A stretch of 64,000 nt of DNA from an uncultured candidatus Porisulfidus sp. (lineage in GTDB: Bacteria; Pseudomonadota; Gammaproteobacteria; Poriferisulfidales; Oxydemutatoraceae), in NCBI GenBank assembly GCA_965215125.1, contig OZ244052.1, forward strand, positions 512,001 to 576,000, read 5' to 3'. The stretch's first letter is position 1; every line of letters starts with the position of its first letter. The notes below the pieces were generated by a model. That model had not been told where the DNA came from. It was given only the letters and a program-made list of their open reading frames with translations, and made no database searches. Positions 10,006 to 19,683 of the stretch are shown piece by piece. Made by a program: the position numbers and the translations under genes.

Positions 10006-12321
10006 TTAATTATCGCCCGACGGCGATAAGGAGTTAGGGCGGTTGCGCCAATAACGTTGCTCGTGCATACGATACGATTGTAAGTCGAAGTTTCGGTCGG
10101 TCGGAAAATCAAAAACCAATGCGCCGGCCTTAGCGGTATCCAATACCTGAATACCTCGCTCGTAATAGCGCGCTACGATATCGGCTCTCGGCAACGCAAA
10201 GCGATTGCGATAACCGGAGGTGACTACCGCAAGCAAAGGGGAGACTGCCGATATAAATTCGGGTGTCGAAGAAGTACGGCTACCGTGATGCGGAACGAGC
10301 AACACATCGCTCGGCAAAGACGGGTGATGCGACAAAATGCGCTCCGCGGCTTTCTCTATGTCGGCGGTCAACAGCAACGAATGTCTACGGTTGGAGATAC
10401 GCAATACGCACGATGCATTATTGCCCTTATAAATAGTGTCGGATTGAGGATAGAGTATTTCAAAACGTACATCGTCCCAAACCCAAGATTGACCTTGAAC
10501 GCAAGGTTCGAAGCGACGGTTGTCAACCGTTAAGGGTTCACCGCCGAGCAAACGGTGCGGTGAGATATGCCGCATCAGCACTTCGGCACCACCGGCGTGA
10601 TCGTTGTCGGCGTGCGATACGACCAAGGTATCAACTGTATTGATACGGCGAGAACGTAAGTACGGTAAAACCACGCTATCCATCGTGTTGAATCCCGAAC
10701 GATAGTATGGCCCGGTATCATAGATTAGAGTATGTTCTCGTGTGCGTACTAAAACCGACAAGCCTTGCCCCACATCAAAAAATACGACCTTAAAAGCACC
10801 CGAAGGCAGCGGCGACGGTGTACTAAAAAACGGCAATAACGGAAATAGTAGTAATAATGCCAGCCAACGCGCAGGCTTTTTTCTTAATACGATAAACAAC
10901 AAAATACCGGATAAGGCAAATAATGCCGTCAAATTGTCTATGTAATGAAACCATCTTAAGTCATGACTTGCAAACCAACCGTTGATTTGCCATAACATCT
11001 CAAACAACAAGTCGGCAAGCTTTATAAAAAATGACGCGATCGGTTCACTCAGCATAAAAGAAGCAACGGCAATCAACGAGCACGGCAATACCAAAAAGGC
11101 GGTCAAGGGAACGATTACCATATTGGCTAGCGGCGAAATCGCTGCGCCTTGAGTAAAAAACAATAGAGAAGGTATTATCATTACCGTGGCAATATACGCT
11201 TGCATGCCGAACCATAATTTCCATCCTTTTAGGTTCGGTGCAATCAATAAGAAAAATGCGATCATTGCAACGGCAGCAAACGACAACCAGAAGGAAATGG
11301 ACAAAGTTGCCGAGGGGTCGTATATAAGAATCAGTAATAAGGCGACGGTCAAAGATTGCGATAAAGATATTTTGTACCTAAAGAAGTTGGCACAGACGAT
11401 ACATATCAGCATAATCAAAGCCCGCTGCGTGGGCACCGAAAAGCCGGCGAGTGCCGCATAGGCGATCGCTACCGGCAATGCCCCGAGCAAAGCGACATCG
11501 CGAGACGGATATAAATAACGACTCAAAAAGAAATAACGCCATAGACGTTCTATCAACACGAAAAACAGACCGAAAACCATACCGATATGCAAACCCGAAA
11601 CGGCAAATAAATGATGCGTGCCGGTGGCACTTAGAATTTCTCTTTGCCGATTCGACAAAAGCGAACTCAAACCCAAAGTGATGGCGGCGATGGAATCAAC
11701 TTGGGCGTATAGATGCCTATACGACTCCAGCTTATCAAAAAGCCGTTGCCGCCATCGTTCAAGGCTATATCCCGATACCGTCGCCGATGCCTCGAGCTTT
11801 TGATAAGAAACTACATATCCGGTAGCTTCTATGCCTTGCATCGTCAACCAACGTTCATAATCAAAGGTGTTCGGATTGGCAAAACCGTAGCGAGCTTTTA
11901 ATTTGATTTTGGCGCGTAAAAAATCCGAGACCTTTATCGGCTCTCCATAACGATAAATGCTCGCTCTAACACGCTTGGGGAAAGGCTGGTCTGCATCGGG
12001 ATGTTCTATCACCTTCAATATAAATTGTGTGCTACCCGTTCGCCGAATAGGAATCGTTACAACCTGAGCTACGACTTCAACAGTCTTCCCTTCCCAAGCA
12101 CTTGCGACTTCGCCTTCGGTATCCAATGGTACGGCGTAAGCAGTCCAAAATAAACCCAAGCAAAAACCAACCAATAAACGCCACCTTAACTTAGAAGAGA
12201 ATAATAAAACACCGAATATCAAAAAAATCGGACTATGCACTTTCGGGAGTACCGGCGAAAGTTGTAGAGATAAGTTTCCTGCCAAGAAAGAAAACGCAAA
12301 AATATAGATCGTAGATAGCAT
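10006..12321 (-). CDS. comEC: DNA internalization competence protein ComEC/Rec2
   Basis: HLFAVSGLH, FDVGQG, SHADNDHAGG and VPHHGS.TSS motifs. Confidence 0.95.
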   Translation of the reverse strand: MLSTIYIFAFSFLAGNLSLQLSPVLPKVHSPIFLIFGVLLFSSKLRWRLLVGFCLGLFWTAYAVPLDTEGEVASAWEGKTVEVVAQVVTIPIRRTGSTQFILKVIEHPDADQPFPKRVRASIYRYGEPIKVSDFLRAKIKLKARYGFANPNTFDYERWLTMQGIEATGYVVSYQKLEASATVSGYSLERWRQRLFDKLESYRHLYAQVDSIAAITLGLSSLLSNRQREILSATGTHHLFAVSGLHIGMVFGLFFVLIERLWRYFFLSRYLYPSRDVALLGALPVAIAYAALAGFSVPTQRALIMLICIVCANFFRYKISLSQSLTVALLLILIYDPSATLSISFWLSFAAVAMIAFFLLIAPNLKGWKLWFGMQAYIATVMIIPSLLFFTQGAAISPLANMVIVPLTAFLVLPCSLIAVASFMLSEPIASFFIKLADLLFEMLWQINGWFASHDLRWFHYIDNLTALFALSGILLFIVLRKKPARWLALLLLFPLLPFFSTPSPLPSGAFKVVFFDVGQGLSVLVRTREHTLIYDTGPYYRSGFNTMDSVVLPYLRSRRINTVDTLVVSHADNDHAGGAEVLMRHISPHRLLGGEPLTVDNRRFEPCVQGQSWVWDDVRFEILYPQSDTIYKGNNASCVLRISNRRHSLLLTADIEKAAERILSHHPSLPSDVLLVPHHGSRTSSTPEFISAVSPLLAVVTSGYRNRFALPRADIVARYYERGIQVLDTAKAGALVFDFPTDRNFDLQSYRMHEQRYWRNRPNSLSPSGDN

Positions 12322-12372
12322 GAAAATATCATAAGTAGCTTAAAATATGCGTGGTTAACAAAACTGCCGAAG

Positions 12373-12912
12373 ATGCCTAAAAAACTGATAAAACGACTTT
12401 CCCCGAAAATGCATGAGATGCGAGCACATCCTCAGCTAAAATACCTCAATACCCTGATTCACAAAGAAAATCTATGGCATGTCAACCGCAACTCAATCGC
12501 CAACGCCTTTGCCGTCGGGTTATTCTGCGTATTTATTCCGATACCTTTTCAAATGATCCCGGCAGCATTGATCGCGGTTTGGGTCGGTGCGAATATCCCG
12601 GTGTCGGTATTACTCGTGTGGATTAGCAATCCGCTCACGGTCGCACCGATATTTTATCTATGCTATAAACTAGGACAGCTGATATTGCAAACACCGATGA
12701 GTGAATTTCATAACTCGTCGGATATGAATCAAATTATGAAAATTAGCCATCTATGGCAACCCTTCTTATTGGGTTGCTTTGTTATGAGTTGTATATCCTC
12801 TATAGTCGGATATACAGTAGTTAAAGTTTTATGGCGTATACATATAATCTCTTATCTAAAGCAGCGCCGCATTAGAAGAGATAACGGCACCGATGCCTAT
12901 AAAAGCAAATGA
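12373..12912 (+). CDS. DUF2062-family membrane protein
   Basis: LWH.NR.SIA.AFAVGLF..FIP.PFQM, W.SNP.T..PIFY..YKLG; divergent from comEC as commonly seen. Confidence 0.85.
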   Translation: MPKKLIKRLSPKMHEMRAHPQLKYLNTLIHKENLWHVNRNSIANAFAVGLFCVFIPIPFQMIPAALIAVWVGANIPVSVLLVWISNPLTVAPIFYLCYKLGQLILQTPMSEFHNSSDMNQIMKISHLWQPFLLGCFVMSCISSIVGYTVVKVLWRIHIISYLKQRRIRRDNGTDAYKSK

Positions 12913-13952
12913 GATATCTATTACTCGATATAAAAAAACCGCTTAGAAATATAGAGCACGCACTCGGCATATTAAGCAATGCCGTCCGAGAAGCGGTGTA
13001 CCTGAATAGAACCCTCGTTGTCGGAACATTTACTATCGGTGCCGGCGGCAACTTCGGCAATAAGCTCAAAAATACCGGTTTCGATCGTTATGTGGACTTG
13101 GACAAAACCCAAATATGCAAAATAATAGACGGCGATATCACACAGCTTAACGAACCGTTTCACTATATCAATGCAGAAGATTTCGATCTAAAAGCATATT
13201 CCGACAACGAAGTGCTATCGGTGAAAAATAAACTCATTTCTACAGATTTGAATCATCAATACGAAGTAATCGCCCGAAAAATAACTGCCGATAAATATAG
13301 CCATAGTTATGAGGATATTTTAGTACGCTTTCCCGTTTCAACCGAAGTTGATCGCCTCAGCGATATCGTATTAAATGCTATGGGAACCAGCCTTGAAGCA
13401 GCAAAACAACGGGCGGAGATTCACTATGGCGTTGATTATGCGGCAAACTCCGACTTTTACCAAACAATGGCACCTCAACATCCAACTCATTATGCATGCC
13501 TCTACTTGCAATATGATAATACTAAGGTTACACCCGAAAAATTATACGCAAGCGATATTCGCCAAATCCGAGCCCTATTCAATCGGGCAAGAATAACCAA
13601 AAATAGAACCGTTTATGTTATATCGGACATCGATGATGCCGATTATTTTGAACCCCTTAAAAAACAATGCACCCTATATCGGTACTACGACTTCCCGGAA
13701 TTAGAAGCCCTGGTTTCCGACAAAAATAAAAAGAGAATTGATAGCGCGATGCTTTACTCGGTGGAAAAAAATATTCTGCAATACGCCGCTATTAAAATGA
13801 TTCCTTTTGAAGATCTATCCGGCTTCCCTATAATCTATAATAATTCTTCCCACACTACCCCTCGGCGATACAAGTTTTTATCATGGTATAAATCTTTAAT
13901 CGGGCGCACTACGCAATACGATGGAAACAAGCGACAAATATCTGATATTTGA
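12909..13952 (+). CDS. O-fucosyltransferase-like (GT-B) protein, paralog 1 (possibly degenerate)
   Basis: AVREAVYLNRTLV, VYVISD, YRYYDFPEL and AMLYSVEKNIL shared with the next ORF. Confidence 0.5.
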   Translation: MRYLLLDIKKPLRNIEHALGILSNAVREAVYLNRTLVVGTFTIGAGGNFGNKLKNTGFDRYVDLDKTQICKIIDGDITQLNEPFHYINAEDFDLKAYSDNEVLSVKNKLISTDLNHQYEVIARKITADKYSHSYEDILVRFPVSTEVDRLSDIVLNAMGTSLEAAKQRAEIHYGVDYAANSDFYQTMAPQHPTHYACLYLQYDNTKVTPEKLYASDIRQIRALFNRARITKNRTVYVISDIDDADYFEPLKKQCTLYRYYDFPELEALVSDKNKKRIDSAMLYSVEKNILQYAAIKMIPFEDLSGFPIIYNNSSHTTPRRYKFLSWYKSLIGRTTQYDGNKRQISDI

Positions 13953-15129
13953 TACCACAAATTGCTTTCCGGCCGGACTGGATCATAAGCTCAGTACCTT
14001 AAAATGTGCTATCAAAGAAGCTGTGCGACTAGATAGAGTCCTCGTTCTGAGAAAATTCGCTATATGGCATTACCAAAATCTCGTGTATAGCCAAATCACC
14101 GTCGCCGATATCAAAAACAAACCCGAATACAAAAATATCAAATTTAAAAGTTATATCAATTTAGCAAAAACCGAGATATACAAACTAGGAAATAACGGAG
14201 ATATATCGAGAATAGAAAAACCTTTGCGCTACATAAGCGAGGAGGATTTCGATTTAAGCGCATATACCGATAATCCCGAAGCCGTTCTCAAAACCGGCAA
14301 CTTCGTAGGCGAATTCTCTAAGCATGCCCCTACACCGATCAATGAACATTTGCTTATTATGGAAAACAACGAATGTATTACTTCGCAACAAAACAGTCGA
14401 TATAAAGTCATAGTACGCAGAACGAATTGCTATCGGTACGACGACGGTGCCGACCGTCTGTTGGTAAGTCTTCATCCCTCGGATGAAGTTGAACATCTAA
14501 GCGACATCGTTCTAAAATCTATAGGCACCAGCCTCGATAGCGTGAAAAAACGCTTTTCCTTTTACCACAATGCGCCTCTACAAAAAGAACAAAATAACTA
14601 TAAAGTAAAATTTTCACGGGAATATCCGCTTTATTACACCTGCTTACATGTACGAGGCAACGATTTACTCAAGCATATCAGTACTCAATACGGTGCGAAC
14701 CAAAACAACCTAAAGCGCAGCCTCAAAAACGCAATACCCGAAGGCTCGATAATATACCTGATGTCGGATATCGCCGAGCCTCGCTATTTTGATTTTCTAA
14801 ATAAAAACTACACCGTATACCGATATTTCGATTTTCCGGAATTAAAGGCTTTGGTTATTAATAAAGACAAAAAAGAGAGCGACAACGCAATGCTCTATTC
14901 GGTAGAAAAAAATATCCTACAATACTCGCACATTAAGATAGTACGAGCAAGGGCATGCCCTAAACTTCTATATACAAATTCTTCACATACAATCCCTCGG
15001 TGGTTCAAATTTATAGCTATTTATAAATACCTAACAACCGATTTCGTAAAACGAGATTATTTCTATAAACCCAATTTACTACTTCGACATATCATAAGAG
15101 AGTTGAGAGCCAATACACCTCGACATTAA
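13921..15129 (+). CDS. O-fucosyltransferase-like (GT-B) protein, paralog 2
   Basis: GLDHKLSTLKCAIKEAVRLDRVLV, CLHVRGND and IYLMSD resemble GDP-fucose transferase motifs. Confidence 0.55.
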   Translation: METSDKYLIFDTTNCFPAGLDHKLSTLKCAIKEAVRLDRVLVLRKFAIWHYQNLVYSQITVADIKNKPEYKNIKFKSYINLAKTEIYKLGNNGDISRIEKPLRYISEEDFDLSAYTDNPEAVLKTGNFVGEFSKHAPTPINEHLLIMENNECITSQQNSRYKVIVRRTNCYRYDDGADRLLVSLHPSDEVEHLSDIVLKSIGTSLDSVKKRFSFYHNAPLQKEQNNYKVKFSREYPLYYTCLHVRGNDLLKHISTQYGANQNNLKRSLKNAIPEGSIIYLMSDIAEPRYFDFLNKNYTVYRYFDFPELKALVINKDKKESDNAMLYSVEKNILQYSHIKIVRARACPKLLYTNSSHTIPRWFKFIAIYKYLTTDFVKRDYFYKPNLLLRHIIRELRANTPRH

Positions 15130-15145
15130 ATTTATGCAACTTTAT

Positions 15146-15192
15146 GACCACCCCGTCAGGCACAGCCTGCCACCCCTCCACAGGAGGGGAAT
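15146..15192 (+). repeat. REP-like element family A (GACCACCCCGTCAGGC..GCCTGCCACCCCTCC..AGGAGGGGAAT)
   Basis: Two-hairpin ~47-bp unit recurring >15 times in the window; here between convergent genes. Confidence 0.85.
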
Positions 15193-15216
15193 GAATTATG
15201 TGGACGCAGTGGCTAG

Positions 15217-15792
15217 CTAGCGGCTTGCTTTCGCAATCGCTTCAAAATCTACGCCTTTATACATAAAGCTCTGTTTTTCAAACAGCTTGTCTCCATATTG
15301 GGTGACCCAATCTTTGTGGAAGCTCAAGGTATATTCCGGAGGCGGCATCACATTGAAAATCACATCGTATTTGTCGGTAATCTCGCCGGGCAATGCCATA
15401 TTACGCGCGTAGTGCAGATTATCGACCAAGTTGATATGCGGCACCAAATCCACATTTGCTATTGCGCCGGTCTTCGGATTGATAACTTGTGCGGTAATGA
15501 CTAAATACCCGACAAAGCCGCCCGCCGGGGTGCCCTCGGGAATAGAATCTTCGTCGTCTGCCCAATTAACTCGTGCTTCTATATGCACATGCGTTTTACT
15601 CTCCTCCAGATGGTAATTCGCCGGTGTGATCGTATCCTTAACGGCACCCTCAAAGATGAATTGTATACCCGGCTCTATCATCTCTTCGCCGATGACCAAT
15701 TCAAGTGCATGCGATTGGGTCATAAATAATACCGAAAAACACAATATAACGCCTCGGTAGAATTTATTCATCGTTCCAGTTAAAGTTTTCAT
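15217..15792 (-). CDS. Periplasmic iron-transport protein, P19/Tp34/FetP-like
   Basis: Signal peptide; HIEA, GF..YL.I.A, L.P......HYA.N..LPG motifs. Confidence 0.7.
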   Translation of the reverse strand: MKTLTGTMNKFYRGVILCFSVLFMTQSHALELVIGEEMIEPGIQFIFEGAVKDTITPANYHLEESKTHVHIEARVNWADDEDSIPEGTPAGGFVGYLVITAQVINPKTGAIANVDLVPHINLVDNLHYARNMALPGEITDKYDVIFNVMPPPEYTLSFHKDWVTQYGDKLFEKQSFMYKGVDFEAIAKASR

Positions 15793-15834
15793 TTATTTAT
15801 CTCCTCTATGTTGGTTTAATAATCAATGCTAATT

Positions 15835-16560
15835 TTACGCCCTTTTAAGCCAAAGAAAAACGCCTGTGGCAGAAAGGAATAGTAAAAGCAACGCTACGAA
15901 ATCGGCAATAATAATACCTGCGGTGCCGAATAGACGACCGCTGTGGAAATCAAGCAATGTGCGTTCCCAGCTTATCAAATGATTATTGGCGTGCGTAATA
16001 ATGGTTTCTCTCAAATACATCGGCACTTCCGTGCTGTTGACGGGTGCCGACCATGTTATTTGTGTGCCACTATAAACCTGCCAATCTTGCAGATATTTAT
16101 CTACCTGCCAGTTGTTGCGTAGACCGCCGATGATAATAGCACCCTCTCGGTTGTATCCTATCCTACGCATCACGGAGGGCAATCCGTTTAGAACGGAGAG
16201 CCTGTCTACTATCTCGCCGCGTTGCGATAGCAACCATAGTTTGTTATCTCCCACAATCCAAACATAGGTTTCACCCTCCACAACACCTTGTAAATTATTT
16301 AGTTCGATGTTGGAGACGGGAAGTCCGTCCATATAGAGGAAAGAGCCCGCTTGCGAAACCCAGCGCTTATCGGTCTTATAATCTACCGTATCTTGGTCTT
16401 GGATCTTCGCACCGTATAAATAACCGGACAGCGAAGACGGAATATAACGTTGATCTAAATCGAACCAATCGGTATGTTGTATTGCCAATCCCGTCATCAC
16501 GAAAATTAATAAAAATATAAAGCTTCCGATGCCTATGCTACGATGTAATTTGCGGTACAT
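15835..16560 (-). CDS. PepSY-associated TM helix protein
   Basis: RKLHR..G......TG...H at the N-terminus; WER..LD.HSGR.FG..G....D......L..TG..LW at the C-terminus. Confidence 0.85.
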   Translation of the reverse strand: MYRKLHRSIGIGSFIFLLIFVMTGLAIQHTDWFDLDQRYIPSSLSGYLYGAKIQDQDTVDYKTDKRWVSQAGSFLYMDGLPVSNIELNNLQGVVEGETYVWIVGDNKLWLLSQRGEIVDRLSVLNGLPSVMRRIGYNREGAIIIGGLRNNWQVDKYLQDWQVYSGTQITWSAPVNSTEVPMYLRETIITHANNHLISWERTLLDFHSGRLFGTAGIIIADFVALLLLFLSATGVFLWLKRA

Positions 16561-16583
16561 AATCGGCTATCATACTACACGGG

Positions 16584-17114
16584 TTATGGTACGACCGATT
16601 TGTGTAGCATCAGAGCAAGCCTTGCCAGTTTGGTGACCGCACGCACCGACAAAGTAGCGCCCGAGATATTATCTATACTGCGATCAAGTTTCAAACTGCC
16701 GGTTAACTTTGCATCGGTAAATTGATCGGCAAACGAATCATAACGCACTTCCCAGCCGCGACTCTCACGAAAGATTAACACTTTGACCTCTTTTATACGA
16801 TCCGCATCGATAGAAAAACCACTGGTGATTGGTCGCTCTTTACCGATCTCTTCCAATATCCAAACACTGCGATTATCTTTAAGCCAATAGCGGATTCTGA
16901 ATTTACTATATCTATGACCGAGTATGCCTTTGATCGAATCCTTAATCGTCTGGTCGGGATAAAGCATAGAAGGCTCGGGAGGATCATCGTCGAAGTGGCG
17001 AGACACAAACGCATCCGGTGCCTCGTAAATACTCTCTATTGCCAGAAGCGGCGCGCGAGGTTGAACGAGTAATAACGCCGCACACAAATAGAAAGCCCAC
17101 TTCGATCGGTTCAC
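16584..17114 (-). CDS. FMN-binding (flavinylated) periplasmic protein
   Basis: EIGK..PIT, FRESRGWEV, IDNISGATLS flavinylation motif. Confidence 0.85.
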   Translation of the reverse strand: MNRSKWAFYLCAALLLVQPRAPLLAIESIYEAPDAFVSRHFDDDPPEPSMLYPDQTIKDSIKGILGHRYSKFRIRYWLKDNRSVWILEEIGKERPITSGFSIDADRIKEVKVLIFRESRGWEVRYDSFADQFTDAKLTGSLKLDRSIDNISGATLSVRAVTKLARLALMLHKSVVP

Positions 17115-17417
17115 CTCCCAAGCCTCCGTAAAATCAAATTCGCGTCTTAGCTCTTAAAATACCGAGGGTCTCGGAAACTTCGCGCCGACCATACATCGTG
17201 TTACAATGCCTGCGGCGGCGCGCAAGATACTCGGTTTGTTACCGAGACCCATACAAGTAAACCGTCTCATTAGTGCCGGTATCAAAGGTTTTGAGGCAAG
17301 TCGCTCCAAATGACTGGATACAAAAGACATAAAAGTATCTACCGTTTTCCGTGTCAAAGTAGCACACTTAACGTGGAGGATTGAAATACAACTACCGTTG
17401 AACACTGAAAAACGCAT

Positions 17418-17531
17418 TGAAGTCGACTCGCCTGCAAAACCCGAAGAAAAGTTATAGTTAAACGCCATTTCCCTGAAGTCGACTCGCCTGCAAAACCCGA
17501 AGAAAAGTTATAGTTAAACGCCATTTCCCTG
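17418..17531. repeat. Perfect 56-bp tandem duplication
   Basis: TGAAGTCGACTCGCC...CCATTTCCC at 17418 and 17474. Confidence 0.95.
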
Positions 17532-17533
17532 TA

Positions 17534-18973
17534 TCAAAACTCATAACCGACGCCTAAGTTGAAGCCGTCGAAGTCACTGTCGCGATCGCCTGCATTATCG
17601 TGTTCACGATCTACGAGGTCCATTTTTAGAACCGCACTCTCGCCTAAGTAATAATTGAAGCCCACACTATATTGGTCAAATTCATCTTGCGAGCGTCCAC
17701 CCTCAACATCTTCGTAGCGCGCAAAGATACCAAAATTGGGAGTCAACTTAAAAGAAGGTTCTACATACCAACCCTGTTGCTGGTCGTAATCGGCAACTTT
17801 TATCGGGTTAGGAATCCTAGTCCCGCGATTATTAGGATCTTCTATTTGAGAGTCCACATCTACATCCCAGGCGGCGTATAAAGCCCTGAGACCGAATGGT
17901 CCCCGACTGTAGACGATGTGTGCCTCATAAAGTATGGCATCGTCTACAGTGTCACGACCGATAGCACCAGTACTCCCTTGAGTGATATCCGATTGATACT
18001 GCACACTTGCTGCCAGCTCGAGACCCGGCATCCCGGTGTATTTGACACGACCGGTGAACGCAAGATCGTTGGCAGTGGCATTGGCAGTTTTTTGCCTACC
18101 CGAGCGAAAACGTAATTGAGGACTAGGTACAATCTCAGTATTTGGCACAATTGTAATAGTATCACCATCTATATCATTATCACCATTATCATCGACGATA
18201 TTAATTATAGAGGTATCTCTGCCTTCATCTTTAATAACCCTTGTGTTATAAGCTCTGGCAGGAACTTCTAATCCTTCGTGCAACGCAAGATCAATGGTAA
18301 ATCCGTTATCCATGCGATGTGTGAAGCCGATACCGCCTGCCCACCAGGTTGTCGGAACGATAACATTTTCAACGGTATTGCGTTCAACACCGTAAAAAGT
18401 CGGGGGTTCGTGAGTTTCGTTTAGAATACCGACGGGCAATAGAAAAACACCTGCGCGAGCGGTATTGCGTTCATCAAAATCATATTCTATGAAAGCCTGC
18501 TCTAGTTCAACTTCTCCCGGCTGACCGTCTCCGGCGAGCGCATGCTCTAATTCAACTTCGGAAAAAAACCTCAACCTATCGGTGAACTCATGACCGAAAA
18601 ATAGTACGAAGCGATGAAAGTCTAATTGCCTGAAATTATTACCGCTGTCCCGACTCCAGTTATTATAGTGCAGTTCACCATAACCTCCCATTGAGGTTTT
18701 GTCCCAGAAAGAAGATTGACCACCACTGTACGACTCAACTGCTTCGGCAGTCACTTCAACCGCTTGCTTATTCTCTTCCACATCTTGATCGATTGCCTCC
18801 AATTTCTGTTGCATCGATTCTAATTGTGCTTGCAACGCTCTCATCTGTTGTTTAAGTACGTCAATCTCATCTGCTTGAGCAACAGCTTGGCAAGGTGCAA
18901 TCATTAACGATAAAAACAAACCGGTCATAAAGCAATAAATTTTTGTTCGTTTCTTATTAAATAAATGTTTCAT
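17534..18973 (-). CDS. Outer-membrane porin with N-terminal coiled coil (iron-uptake-cluster type)
   Basis: Signal peptide, coiled coil, GGYGELHYN, DFHRFVLF, LNETHEP.TFYGVERN, C-terminal YEF. Confidence 0.85.
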   Translation of the reverse strand: MKHLFNKKRTKIYCFMTGLFLSLMIAPCQAVAQADEIDVLKQQMRALQAQLESMQQKLEAIDQDVEENKQAVEVTAEAVESYSGGQSSFWDKTSMGGYGELHYNNWSRDSGNNFRQLDFHRFVLFFGHEFTDRLRFFSEVELEHALAGDGQPGEVELEQAFIEYDFDERNTARAGVFLLPVGILNETHEPPTFYGVERNTVENVIVPTTWWAGGIGFTHRMDNGFTIDLALHEGLEVPARAYNTRVIKDEGRDTSIINIVDDNGDNDIDGDTITIVPNTEIVPSPQLRFRSGRQKTANATANDLAFTGRVKYTGMPGLELAASVQYQSDITQGSTGAIGRDTVDDAILYEAHIVYSRGPFGLRALYAAWDVDVDSQIEDPNNRGTRIPNPIKVADYDQQQGWYVEPSFKLTPNFGIFARYEDVEGGRSQDEFDQYSVGFNYYLGESAVLKMDLVDREHDNAGDRDSDFDGFNLGVGYEF

Positions 18974-18994
18974 AAATACAAACTCCTTTTCTAA

Positions 18995-19064
18995 ATCTAA
19001 ATAATAATAATTCTAATTACAATTATAAGTAATGTTATTATTATGTTTATTATTTAGATGTCAA
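18995..19064 (-). promoter_or_regulatory. Fur-box-like site, 13-bp inverted repeat and -35 TTGACA upstream of the porin operon
   Basis: Reverse complement of 19000-19018 is 17/19 identical to 571-589; ATCTAAATAATAA/TTATTATTTAGAT IR; TTGACA at 19064-19059. Confidence 0.6.
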
Positions 19065-19268
19065 TACCTTTATGAAAATATTTTTTATAGATATTCAAAG
19101 GGGGTTGGGGGGCTTATTTCAAGGATGTGACGTTACCCCATTTTTAGGGCTACCGGCAAAGTCAGTTTTCATGCTGTTGTCTGCGCAAATACACTGGGGA
19201 GTTTATTTAGGATTACGATTTCTCAGTTATAATGGCTATAATAGCAAATCCTATAAATATAGGAGTAA

Positions 19269-19541
19269 ATGAAGTTGTCAGAAATCGCGCTATACAACGC
19301 ATTGACTAAATTAGGACTAAAGCACGACGAAGCAAAGGAGGCTGTTACCGATGTTGCTAGTTCAAAGGATGTGGCAACTAAGGCAGATTTAGCAAAGTTA
19401 GAAACAAGGCTAATAGAAAGAATGGCAGAACAAGAAACAAAGCTAACGCGGCAAATGTATGCTATGGCAGGGGTAATCATTGGAGCGATTGGGGCAATAA
19501 TAGCCGTCGCTGGATTGATGATAAGGGTTTTTATGATGTGA
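19269..19541 (+). CDS. Small coiled-coil protein with C-terminal TM helix (DUF1640/CCDC90-like)
   Basis: AGGAG RBS; DVATKADL..LETRL motif; hydrophobic tail. Confidence 0.65.
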   Translation: MKLSEIALYNALTKLGLKHDEAKEAVTDVASSKDVATKADLAKLETRLIERMAEQETKLTRQMYAMAGVIIGAIGAIIAVAGLMIRVFMM

Positions 19542-19590
19542 AGCACATATATTTACAACCAACAGTAGCAGCGAGACAATAACAACATAA

Positions 19591-19680
19591 CCCCTCCACA
19601 GGAGAGGAATTAGATTGTGCAAGCACAACACGTTACGGGCGGACATGTTAGTCCGCCCCTACAAGCTCAATCGGCGGTTC
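19591..19680. repeat. Composite REP cluster (family A half plus GTAG-type hairpin GGGCGGAC..GTCCGCCC-CTAC)
   Basis: CCCCTCC..GGAGAGG at 19591; hairpin 19637-19662; CTCAATCGGCGGTTC module. Confidence 0.75.
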
Positions 19681-19683
19681 TAA

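Noticed and set aside
17154-17468. 104-aa ORF in the iron operon
   Set aside because: No recognisable motif, its start lies in the duplicated 56-mer and it overlaps a hairpin; not supported as coding
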